A stretch of 63,032 nt of DNA, the filler included, from Folioceros fuciformis (lineage: Eukaryota), in NCBI GenBank assembly GCA_049999805.1. It is 6 parts of 6 records of this genome, joined end to end, with 100 filler letters (N's around TTAATTAATTAA, not from the genome) between each part and the next. Parts side by side here need not be neighbours in the genome. Positions count along the whole stretch, not along the records: positions 1 to 14,645 come from JBNGIO010004546.1; 5 more parts are not named here. One strand, written 5' to 3'. Positions 1-10,196 of the stretch are shown here, one piece after another; position 1 is the stretch's first letter, and the number at the start of each line of letters is the position of its first letter. The notes beneath the pieces were generated by a model, which did no database searches, was not told the DNA's origin, and saw only the letters and a list, made by a program, of their open reading frames with translations. A program made the translations under genes and the position numbers.

Positions 1-2
1 GC

Positions 3-806
3 ATCAACGCCCATGGTGGGACTGATGAAAACGGAAGGCAGTACGTTCGCTTAGGTGTGAAAGACAAGGCCGGGAAGCTTTATGTTGAAGATGATATTTT
101 GAAGCCCATCGCTGAATGCACGCTTTTGGCAAACAAACCTAAGGTAATTCTCATAAATGCATGCCGAGGCACTGGCACCCTTGTCGGAAGCACTGGCAAT
201 CTTGTCACAAGCAAGAAATCGCAGGTGTCAAGCACCGCCAACCCTGCAACCAGCAGCAAAGCCAAGGTGTCAGCCGTTGAGGGAAGCCAAGTTGTGAGCA
301 ACAGAGTTCGACAAATGTCTTCTGCAGAAGACCGCCTAATCGTTTTCTCCACCAGTCCTGGAGATGGATCTTTGAGATATGTCGAGGAAGGCACAAACTT
401 CATCATAGCTTTGATGGAAGCCATCGTGGAGGGCTCTGAAACAGAAGATGTCTTGTCTATTCTGACAAGCGTGATTGGCAAGGTGATGGACAAGGACGTC
501 CAACACAAAACCAAAGACGGGGACTATGAGAAGAAATGTGAGAGTCCTGAGCTCCGCAGCACATTGACCAAAAAGCTATACTGGTCTCGACCACCCAAGA
601 CTCCTGTCATGCCTGGCTCGAGTGAGTACCATGCGGCCAGGGCTTGTAATGCCTTCAATCAAGTGTCAGGTATTCTCTTCAGCTGCATGTTGTTGGTCTA
701 TTACATACTGCTTCTGATAAATCTTGTCACTTCTCCCTTGCCCGGGGGACTTTCCTGTTTGGTAGGAGAGACCTCTCACAGCGTCCTGATGGAGATGAAC
801 AGATGA
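3..806 (+). CDS. Caspase-like cysteine protease (peptidase C14, animal caspase-type p20/p10 motifs); 5'-partial. Probable intron 670-765
   Basis: The frame is open from the window edge: INAHG (His codon 12-14), LANKPKVILINACRG (Cys codon 162-164), p10-like AEDRLIVFSTSPGDGSLRYVEEGTNFIIALMEAI, and SPELRSTLTKKLYW (ends 584). G|GTATTC at 670 and TTGGTAG| at 765 would remove the hydrophobic in-frame stretch. Confidence 0.8.
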   Translation: MNAHGGTDENGRQYVRLGVKDKAGKLYVEDDILKPIAECTLLANKPKVILINACRGTGTLVGSTGNLVTSKKSQVSSTANPATSSKAKVSAVEGSQVVSNRVRQMSSAEDRLIVFSTSPGDGSLRYVEEGTNFIIALMEAIVEGSETEDVLSILTSVIGKVMDKDVQHKTKDGDYEKKCESPELRSTLTKKLYWSRPPKTPVMPGSSEYHAARACNAFNQVSGILFSCMLLVYYILLLINLVTSPLPGGLSCLVGETSHSVLMEMNR

Positions 807-1504
807 TGCCCCGTGGAGGCTACGCGTAGGGAGGGAAGACCGTGTCCGCTTGTACACGCACAGTTACAGCTCTTGGTTTTCACAGACAAGTGAGTGATCC
901 AGATTTGCGGCCTTTGTGGCTTTCACATCACTTGCACACTGTTAGGATGTATCTTTTATCTTCCCGACCAGCCGAAGCTTGGTCCCTGAGTGAAATCGCG
1001 TGTGGAGCTTCTGCCTTCAAGTCACAGTGACACCAGGCAGAAGGAGGTGCAGTCCATCACTTGTGTTAACTGGATTACCTTTGCTAGCGCATCAGCTGTA
1101 GCACATGCACAGGCATAGCTTTTAATGATCCAATCGACGAGCACACGTGCGCCATGTGTGCCTCACTTCCTGTAGCCGGCCATAAGAGAAAGATCACGGA
1201 GATGAGAAACAATTAGCCGCTACAGAAGCATGGCAGAAGGACATGCTGAAGCTTCGCCCCTCGTCACCATCTGTTCCCTGCTCGGTTTGCCAAATCGTTC
1301 TTCGGATGATGGATAATCATATCACATTCCAGTTTCTACAGCGTTACGATGACAAGCACAGCCTGAGCACACTTATGTCGTCTTTGCCTTTAAATGTAGC
1401 TTACATCTTGCATGTCTGTACTTCCAGTCCCAACTAGGGAAGGAGAGCTTTCAGCCCTTGCTCGCCGGCACGTCTGGAGTCACAGGGTTTAGGGTTCACG
1501 TCTC

Positions 1505-1716
1505 CACGCCTCCACGTCTGGAATCACAGANNNNNNNNNNNNNNNNNNNNNNNNNNNNNNNNNNNNNNNNNNNNNNNNNNNNNNNNNNNNNNNNNNNNNN
1601 NNNNNNNNNNNNNNNNNNNNNNNNNNNNNNCTTCCTTCGGCTGGAATCCCAGAGCTTCCTTCGGCTGGAATCCCAGACCTTCCTTCGGTTGGAATCCCAG
1701 ACCTTCCTTCGGTTGG
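1505..1716. repeat. 24-bp minisatellite spanning an assembly gap
   Basis: cttccttcggctggaatcccagaN units at 1631-1716 (FLRLESQT periodicity), with a similar unit before the gap. Confidence 0.85.
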
Positions 1717-2430
1717 ATGTTTGGGAGGAGAGAGGATATCTCGATTTGTACAGATGTCTGGAGGAGGGAGGGTATCTCCTTTTGTACTGCGCCTTTTCTT
1801 CCACTCGAGTTTCTAACAAAGGTCTACCTATCAAAAGGCCTCAACTACCATCGTGGAAACCGGAAAACCGGAAATCTCTTGGCACAAGTTTTCATAGGGG
1901 AAGACTTATTATGTTTCCCAACACCTGGACTCATCCTTCCATTTATAATATATAGGTTCTTTTTGTTTCAATTAACTAAATTTTATCCTTAAATCAATAT
2001 ATATATATATTTCCAGAAAAAAAAATATATGATTTACATTATATATAGGCACAGGCTTAACAAGCTGCACTTTTAAAATTACTCTATTTATAATTCTTAA
2101 CTTTGAGCTGACAATATGTAACATATCTAAAACATGTTAACTGGTCAAAATTATATTCAATTAGTACAACCAAGCATGTCCATATTTCATTTGACATGAA
2201 CCTGTGCTAATTTCACCCCCTTGTGCATTATTACAACTATCATCCTCATTATATGCAGCACCCTTTGAATCATATGCATGTTTACAATAGAAATGATAGT
2301 AGATTATATTTTTGGATTGTATACACCAAAACTAATTGGATAAGTGCAAGAGATCATATTCATGAATGTGGATAACATGCACTCCTAGATAGACCCTATG
2401 TTAGTGGCCATGGTGAGAAGCCTAATGTAC

Positions 2431-2630
2431 ATTACCCATTTCCGTATGAACTTAAATAAGTGCTAGGAATGGATATGTTGCTCGATCGGACGCGCAGTCT
2501 GCATCTGCCCAGCCTCAAAGTTGAGCTTGCCGCCGGTGGATCTCTTCTGGATGATTCCAGTGTGAGTGGTGCCCTTCAAGTACCGGTAGATCTCTTTACG
2601 CACATCGGGTGTGCCCTGCCAGGGTTGAAC
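2431..2630 (-). mobile_element. Ty1/Copia RT remnant, duplicate of ~4091-4295
   Basis: Near-identical to 4091-4295. The minus strand reads VRKEIYRYLKGT, an RT C-terminal motif. Confidence 0.65.
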
Positions 2631-3630
2631 TCCTCGATTGCAAGTCACTTCAACTCCTCTTCCTCGATCCTCAGGTCACGGTCACTGGTAAGTGTCGGTG
2701 ACTCTCTCAACCCTTCTTGAGTCCCTGCTGTGAGTGTTGCCTGCGACAGGCTGCTGTTCCGAAGCTGAGTACTATGTGCCATCGATGGAGGTCGCAGGGC
2801 GACGGGCACCTTCAGGCTGGGGCGCTAGTGGGCTGGGTGTGGGAGGTAGTGACTGCTCTCAGGACTGGAGCACTCCGTTGAGCTGTCTCTCCCCGCGAGC
2901 TTGTCCCTCCCCCAATTGCGTCTCGACCCGAGCCAGCGACGACTCCACCTTTCCCAGCTGCTGGTCCTGTGCGGCTTCCCTATGTTCGCCAGCTGATCTG
3001 CTTGCCTTTAACGTGGTTGCAGGTCGCGATCCGGTGTGGGCGCCTCGTTTCCTCGGTCGACCCTCTTCCAGACCACTGGCTCGCTGGCGTAGTCTGCTGC
3101 ACCCGCGTCCTGCTCTGGCACACCTCCTCCTGTGGCCAGGTGAGCTTCCTCCGTTTCTCCCTGCAGTTGCAACCTCCTGGACAGTTCTTGGCACCGTATC
3201 CTCTGACCAGCGCTGTCCTCAGCGGGCTCCATCCCCAGCACTTGGATGTGCGTGATGTGCCCGTCCTGCTGCCTTGTCCTCGAGCGCAGTCGGTCCTCGA
3301 CCCCTCCTCGCAAGCGATCTTTATCACTCTCGCTGGAGATGGCACGTAAGACACCTCGGGGTGGCAGGTAACTGGCTCATGGCTCACGATTTCCCTGGGT
3401 AGCCTGGTCCACAAAGCCGTGGAGAAAATGTTGCAAGAGTTCATTAATCCAAAGGGTGGGTTTATAAAAGCCTTGATTTTGTGGCTGATCCTGCAGCGAT
3501 CTCCTGTGGCTTGCCTGATGCTTTCTCCCCTTCACGCTGTGAACGTGTTTGATGCGCCAACGCGTTGGGCATGGGGATTCTAGCCGATCTACACATTCCG
3601 ATCTCTTGATCCAGCAACGGCAGATTACAG

Positions 3631-4089
3631 TTGGCTCTGATACCACAGATACAGCTATACAGGTTCTAGGCTGCAAGCCGCATCGCGTGCCCGCTTTCAG
3701 GCGTAGGACGTGTGTTTCAGTTCATGTGCGGATACCCCATAGGAGCGGGTGCCTTCCTTCTTGAGACGGTCCAGAAAGGTGCCCGCGGCTGCAACTACTC
3801 TGTGTCTTGGCAAGCTGGGTGAGCTTAACCTACGGTCTAGGACTGGTTAGATTTGGGGTTAGGATTGGCGTTTCATAATTATCCCAGTTCATCTATGTAT
3901 TATCCCTAATTTTCCTTATTTATATATTAGCTGGATACCGTGTATGGATAAGGTATTCCTGTGTACACATACATGCATTGTACCTCGTGTGGTTCCCCTG
4001 GTCATGCCTGCTGTGGCTAAGGGCAGCTTCGTGTCCGTGTTCCTTCTTTGCTGATGGACGTGAGGGGCCGGCTCGTCGTCTCCTGTCGC
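3631..4089 (-). mobile_element. Degenerate LTR with tRNA-iMet primer-binding site
   Basis: ttggctctgatacca at 3631-3645 is TGGTATCAGAGCCAA on the minus strand. A TG-like start lies at 4089, next to the Copia remnant. Confidence 0.5.
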
Positions 4090-4090
4090 A

Positions 4091-4420
4091 ATTACCCATT
4101 TCGATATGAACTTAAATGTGTGCTAGGAATGGATATGCTGCTCGATCGGATGCCCAGTCCACATCAGCCCAGCCTTCAAAGTTGAGCTTGCCGTCGGTGG
4201 ATCTCTTGTAAATGATTCCAGAGTGAGTAGTGCCCTTTCTAAGTACCAGTAGATCCTCCTTACGCACATCCAGTGTGCCCTGTCAGGGTTGAACATAAAT
4301 TGTGCAACAGTGGACGTGGCATAGGAGATGTCAAAGCGTGTCCAACCATGGACGTAGATGAGGCTAGCAACGGCACTCAGGTATGGCACCTTGGACATAT
4401 CCCCTTTTTCGACTTCAGGT
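4091..4420 (-). mobile_element. Ty1/Copia reverse transcriptase remnant
   Basis: MSKVPYLSAVASLIYVHGWTRFDISYATSTVAQFMFNPDRAHWMCVRRIYWYL matches the Copia PY..AVGSL.Y...TRPDI..A motif. Confidence 0.85.
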
Positions 4421-5569
4421 GTCAGATTTGATGGAGGCAGGTAACAGCGGCATCACCTTTTTTGATGCACACACAGCTTGATTCCTGTTGGGCAAGAGGG
4501 TCCTCTCACAACGTCTCATTGTGTATGAACAGATCGTGGGTCATGGAGGCTACGGGTGGGGAGGGAAGAACGTGCTGTGTTTGTACACAACTGGAGCTCT
4601 TGCTGTGAAGAGGCAACTCCAGGTTTGGGGTATTGTGGTTTTTACAATGGTATTGTACACCAGCGTGAGGATGTATTCTTCATCGTCCCTTCCGGAGCAG
4701 CCAAAAGCTGTGACGGGATGTGCCTCACCATAATCGCGTTTGAAGCTCCTGCCTTCACGTCACAGTGACACCAGACAGAACGGAGCGGTAGCTCACGGAT
4801 TGTGATAACTGGATTACAGTTGCTAGCATATGAAGGGGCCTTGTCCCCTGTTTTGGGTTTGGTGTTCCCGGCGTCCCGTTTCCTGCTGGTGTGGAGCACG
4901 ACGTTTTCCCTCTTCCTTGGTCAACAAAGCCGGGGTTCTTGTCCCAATCAGCAGTAGGCAAGAATGTTGAGAATCGCGCAGGAAACGTGTGGGCCAGGCA
5001 AGCTCCAAATCGACCAACCACCTGTGGAATAGGTACGGTGTTGCATCTTACGGGGAGTTGCTTGTGGTGACATATCTGACATCTCTCGGTCGATTCAGAT
5101 TCAAGAAATAGTACATCGACCTGGTGTGTGCTGTGTTAAGAGCTGCTTCCGTTTGTGTACGTACCGTGGGAATCGGCAGGAACTCCAAAAGCAGATTTCA
5201 AGTAAATTGTCGTCGATGAATTTCTAGTTGCCTAATGCACAGGCACACGTTGATTTCAAGTAAGTTGTGTGTGAGGAAGACGGGGTCAAGCTGTGAAATG
5301 ATCGGCAATGCGATGGTATGTGCTGTTCTTGGGATTGGAGTGAATTGGAGGCCACATTGGTGGCCACACCAGTGAACGAGCAAGCTGCAAATGCAAATGC
5401 ACTCATTCTTACCGCGTGTCTAAAGCAAGAATGGTGAGAGGTTCATTGCGAGATGTGCTTTTGGCCGCCACACAAGCTTCTGGCCGCAATTTATTGCAAA
5501 AAATAGATTTTAGTTTTAATAACTAAAACTAATTCTTGTGAATATAATGTGGCATGATAGAGTACATTC

Positions 5570-5800
5570 CTGGTTGCTCAGGAAGGGGGTGTCCGATCCA
5601 CATCCCGCCTGCATGATAAGAGCGTGAGTGCACGTACGTAACGCAAGGCAATGCTTGCTCCATAAAAAGTCCTTTAGAAGAGTGCAGAAGAGAGATTTGG
5701 AAATGTAGCAATGTGTGAGCACAAGAATACCCACAGTCTCAACAGCCTGATTGAGCTGGCCCTCATGACAAAGCTTCCCACAGGTTTCAGCCGTCACGTC
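5570..5800 (-). pseudogene. Degenerate N-terminal fragment of a PLS-PPR gene
   Basis: TAETCGKLCHEGQLNQAVETVGILV...SKSLFCTLLK aligns to TAATVSMLCHQGKLSEAVGALESLV...SQSLFYTVLK of the PPR gene in piece 6. Confidence 0.7.
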
Positions 5801-6015
5801 ACTTTGGCATCCTGCAGACTCACAGATAGTCGCAGTAGTAGGCCAGCTTCAGTTGCTTTACTATTCCACAAATGTGTGGGCTCTCGAGGAGGATGTGACC
5901 TCAAAACTGTTGGCGGCTAATAGATCCCTAAAAGATCAAGCTTCTCCAAGAATAAGCTAACACTGCAATAGTACAGTTGTGGACTGGTGGCACCCACTTT
6001 CTCGTCTGGTTCTAC

Positions 6016-6321
6016 CTGGTCAGGATCAACTGCGAGCCAGCTGCTTCACACAATTTGTACAACTGATTAGCTACCATGTACCGCACACGCTGTGGTCTAT
6101 CCTAAGTACAGGAAGACACATTACAGCACCTCGTCAGCCAACATCCACTCAATGGTAACCAAGTTTTAAATTTGATTGGCCAAAATGGGACAACCTTGCG
6201 CACAAACCTGTACGAAGCCTTAGTGCAATAGGGAGGATATGGACAACACAATCATGAGGCTCAAGTAGTTTGCCCAGAGCTGCACACCCTTCCACAGCCA
6301 ATAGTCTTACAGAATTTTGTT
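6016..6321 (-). pseudogene. PP2AA: Two-exon fragment of PP2A scaffold subunit A (HEAT repeats)
   Basis: Exon 6321-6208 gives QNSVRLLAVEGCAALGKLLEPHDCVVHILPI. Exon 6101-6016 gives DRPQRVRYMVANQLYKLCEA. The plant PP2A-A sequence is QDSVRLLAVEGCAALGKLLEPQDCVAHILP...DKSWRVRYMVANQLYELCEA. GT-AG boundaries are retained, there is a frameshift near 6220, and no other exons are visible. Confidence 0.85.
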
Positions 6322-8659
6322 CTGCACATAAAAAAGGTGTGCAGTCAAAATGACTTAAATGACAGTGAATACCGCTCGCAAGCCTCACTTGACACTCCAG
6401 CAAAACGCAGCGATGCGTTTTGCTGTTTTGGTGTCACACTCCATTGAAAATGGTTGCTGCTATGCTATGCAAGTGCAAAGTGGAAAAGAATGGTATGTGC
6501 TTAGAGGGGGAACAACCCAATCATCACTTCGATCTCCTCTAAAGCAAAAAGCTGATCACCCTCCCTTTGATCATTGCACAAAGCTTGCTTGGGCTCCACT
6601 TCTTGCTTGATTTGTGAATATATGCATTAGGTAGGCCTATAGCTCCAGGGCATGACTTGGTGTGACTTATGAATCCACCGTGCGTGCAACCAAACCCACA
6701 TGAGAACAACCCTTGCCACTGTGGGAGGTCGGCGTATTGGTAGCTAATGAGGTGCCAGGTGCGGCTTCACAGCCCAAGCTTCGTGAACTGGGGACTTCTA
6801 ACCCAGCCGAAACCAATTGAAGCCTTCTCAGTCTGAGCGTTTGCTAGATGTAAGTATGGATTCCCAAGGGCGCCAGTGAACTGATGCAAAGTGTGGAAAC
6901 TTATTGGATGCCGCTGTCATTCATGTCTGTCTCACACAATTTCTAGTTTCTAGTCTAGTCCATCACTATCGCTACACCCAATTTTTTGCACGGTAATATT
7001 GCTCCTTGGAGAAGCTAGGCCAATTTCTCTTGTCAAATTGAGGCTTTTCAGTTGCCAAAGGCTTCTTTGGTTGCTCCTTCTTCCTCGATAAAAGGAGGAG
7101 GTACCATTTACAGTGGCTACTAAGTTTAGTTAGAGGATTTTATGGTACGCTTACTATAGCTCTAACCCCTATTATAAATATTTTAAACATTTACAACAGG
7201 ATTGCTATCTAATATGAAGTGGTATAAATTTTACAACAGGGGATTGTTGACATGGCAAGTTTAGCATAGATTTTATAAGAGGGGTTTGATGACATAGTGT
7301 GCTTGTTGTAAATGATGTTGTTCATTTTGCATAATCTCTTTTTGATTTAGGAAACTAGGGGAGTTATTTATTGTTAAATTACAAGATTTTCAATATATAA
7401 TGATGTGGCATGGAGGACATTGCACGCAATAAGTGTAAAAGGCTCTTAAATTAAGCATGGTATGGATGTGGGTTTAGTTGTGAGACTTGATTTTTTGGAA
7501 TAATGCTATATAAAGAAATGATATGTAGAGATGTGGAAAGTCCATTGCGAATGATGTTGTAAATGCGTTTATTTAGATTATTTTTAGAATGTAATTCTAA
7601 AATTTATTTACTATTTATTATTATATCTTAAATATTTTAATAATAATTAAAAAAATACAAAAATCATATTATAGGAATATTCATATATATGTAACTATGA
7701 TTCACTAAGATGACAGATTGTTTCCAAATAGTTTTTTAAAATGGTCTCTTAAAAGGTTTTTGACATTACTTGATTACCAAGATTTATTATAGTTACTTAC
7801 ACGGNNNNNNNNNNNNNNNNNNNNNNNNNNNNNNNNNNNNNNNNNNNNNNNNNNNNNNNNNNNNNNNNNNNNNNNNNNNNNNNNNNNNNNNNNNNNNNNN
7901 NNNNATTTATTGATTTGCATTTGCTCATAATTGGTGAAACGAAGTCCTTAGCATACCAAAGTGTTGAGGAGTGAGGACTTTCTTGGAATCCTTCCACTTT
8001 TCTTATTGGCCCACTGTGGAGGAGTGCATTTTTGGTTTTAAAAGAATTGTGAAATGCTGCTCCTAGTCATAGGCTTGCTCTACTCTATAGCTAGTCATTT
8101 AAGGCCTTTGTCAAGCCAAGATAGTCTCCCAAGGCAAAGATTGCTGAGTGAATTAGACACTTTCATTTGCATATTCATGTACTCATGTTACAAGATATGT
8201 TTGCAAGTGCTATTGATTTTCCAAGAGCAAAGTTTCTTAATTTAAAATACGACAACAAATTTGTGATTTAGATTCATGTTATATGTTTATATCAGTCATC
8301 CTGGCGCCATAAGCAAAACGCAAGTTATACTCTCCTGCAAATCCGTTATGGTCTTGGAACATTGATATGGTACACAATAGGTCTTCTAGGAACCTTCTAG
8401 TCCAGAGGACTTTGTCCAAGTCCAAGATTCCGAGCGCAGAATGACAGCAAGTAACATGCAAGTAACATGCTTGCAACAAGCTATTGACTTGTATGTAACC
8501 TCCCATGAAGCATCGTGCCCATGGCCCCACATTTGCAGTCTCGTGTAGCCAGGCAACAAAAAAAGAAGAAAGGTCTTTCTAGCGTGCGTCTTCAAGAACA
8601 CCAAACTGGGCATAAAAGTCCACGACGCAGGTGGTCACCACTATGTCCTAACGTCATTC

Positions 8660-8915
8660 CATTCAAAGGTGCTCTTTCCACGACCCGGGAGTACAGCTGC
8701 CTGCCCATCTGTAAGGCACCAGTGCTTCCACACAAGAGGGCAACCACGAGCAACTTGACGCCCCGCCACCTCCATGCGTTCGGACAAGGCAAGTGCCCCT
8801 TCCCAAACTCGTTCAACTGTCAGCCCATGTCGCGCATCCTTTAAGGCAAAGCATGGCATTAATCCTGGTGGGCATGTACACACTTGAAATGTGTACATGC
8901 CCACCAGGCAGGTCC
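8660..8915 (-). pseudogene. Degenerate PLS-PPR motif fragments
   Basis: TCLVGMYT (S-motif-like) and CGSTGALQMGRQLYSRVV (L-motif-like) match the motifs of the piece-6 PPR gene. Confidence 0.65.
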
Positions 8916-9499
8916 TAGATGTAATTGAGGCAGCAGCGTCCTCGTCTTTCTGATGCACACACAGCTCACAACCACAAACGGACTGTTTTCTCTTTCGCAT
9001 TCAGTACTGTATGCAATTGGATTGTTCTTCCCACGGTAGGCATGATACGTGTATTGAAGTTGGACTGTAATGGCCGACTTGGCGCATTCTCATTCAACGT
9101 GCTTGGTCAGGACCGACCTCGTTTTCTTCGGATGCGTGCAAACTAAGGTCTGTATATGACGGTGCATGGGCTAGGACTCAGGAGCGTACCTGCGCTGAGC
9201 TCAGGTGCTGGGTCCTACCGTCCACAAACCTACCTACCTCCCTACAGTACCTTCTATGTGAAGGAAGGCATCTTTCGTGCAAGTAGCAGAGTCGCAAGAG
9301 TCACGTCGTGTTGTGACAAGTAGTGGGGGGGAAGGAGGGTTGGAACTTGGAAGCAGCAGTTCACAAAAGTTTAGCCTTTCCTGTCCGCCATGCTGGCCCA
9401 CCCAGTCCACAACACCTAGACATGGTTGCATAAAATATGCAAGTATGGAGCACGAATATCTGGTCTCGCGGAGATTTAAGAGTCTTGCATGATGTACCA

Positions 9500-10110
9500 A
9501 GTCTCCTCGATTGTGTGTGCTTTGATGTTGACGTCCCCTAGCCTATCCTTGTCTGGCATCCCAATCCTCCTCGAGTGTGTGTGCCGTGAGGTTGGTGTCC
9601 CCTAGGCTGCCTATCCTTCTCTGGTATGCCAATCCTCCTCGAGTGTGTGCTTGTGAGGGTGCTATCCCGTAGCCTATCCTCGTCTGGTGTCCCAATCCTC
9701 CTCGAGAGTGTTTGCTGTGAAGTTGACTTCCCTACCTAGCCTATCCTCGTCTGGTGTCCCAATCCTCCTCGAGAGTGTGTGCTGTGAAGTTGACGTCCCC
9801 TACCTAGCCTATCCTTGTCTGGTGTCCCAATCCTCCTCGAGTGTGTGCTGTGAGGTTTGTGTCCCCTAGGCTGTCTATTCTTGTGTGGTGTGCTAATCCT
9901 CCTCGAGTGCATGCTTGTGAGGTTGCTGTCCCGTAGCATATCCTTGTGGGGTGTCCCACTCCTCCTCGAGTGTGTGTGCTGTGAGGTTGATGTTGCCTAG
10001 CTTGCCCTTGTTTGGCCTGCCAGTCCTCCTCGACTGTGTGCTTGTGAGGTTGCTGTCCCGTCCGGTAGCCTGCCCGAGTCTGGTCTCCCAATCTTCGAGT
10101 GTGTGATGTG
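9500..10110. repeat. ~63-68-bp degenerate minisatellite, about 10 copies
   Basis: Recurrent cctatcctcgtctggtgtcccaatcctcctcgagtgtgtgctgtgaggttg, with an XhoI-like site in almost every unit. Confidence 0.9.
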
Positions 10111-10196
10111 AGCTTGCTGAGCCTGCTACAAAACGGATGATACATACAATCCATTCGTCATATTTGCTTGCATTGGGAAGCGCAGCTTAGCACAGC

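Noticed and set aside
670-765. Transmembrane helix at the caspase C-terminus
   Set aside because: It coincides with a 96-nt GT-AG segment with a pyrimidine-rich 3' part, so it is more likely an intron. Retention cannot be excluded without RNA data.
4488-4625. Kinase-like GHGGYG...LAVKR motif
   Set aside because: No downstream kinase subdomains, and the paralogous copy at 772-890 has a stop in this frame.
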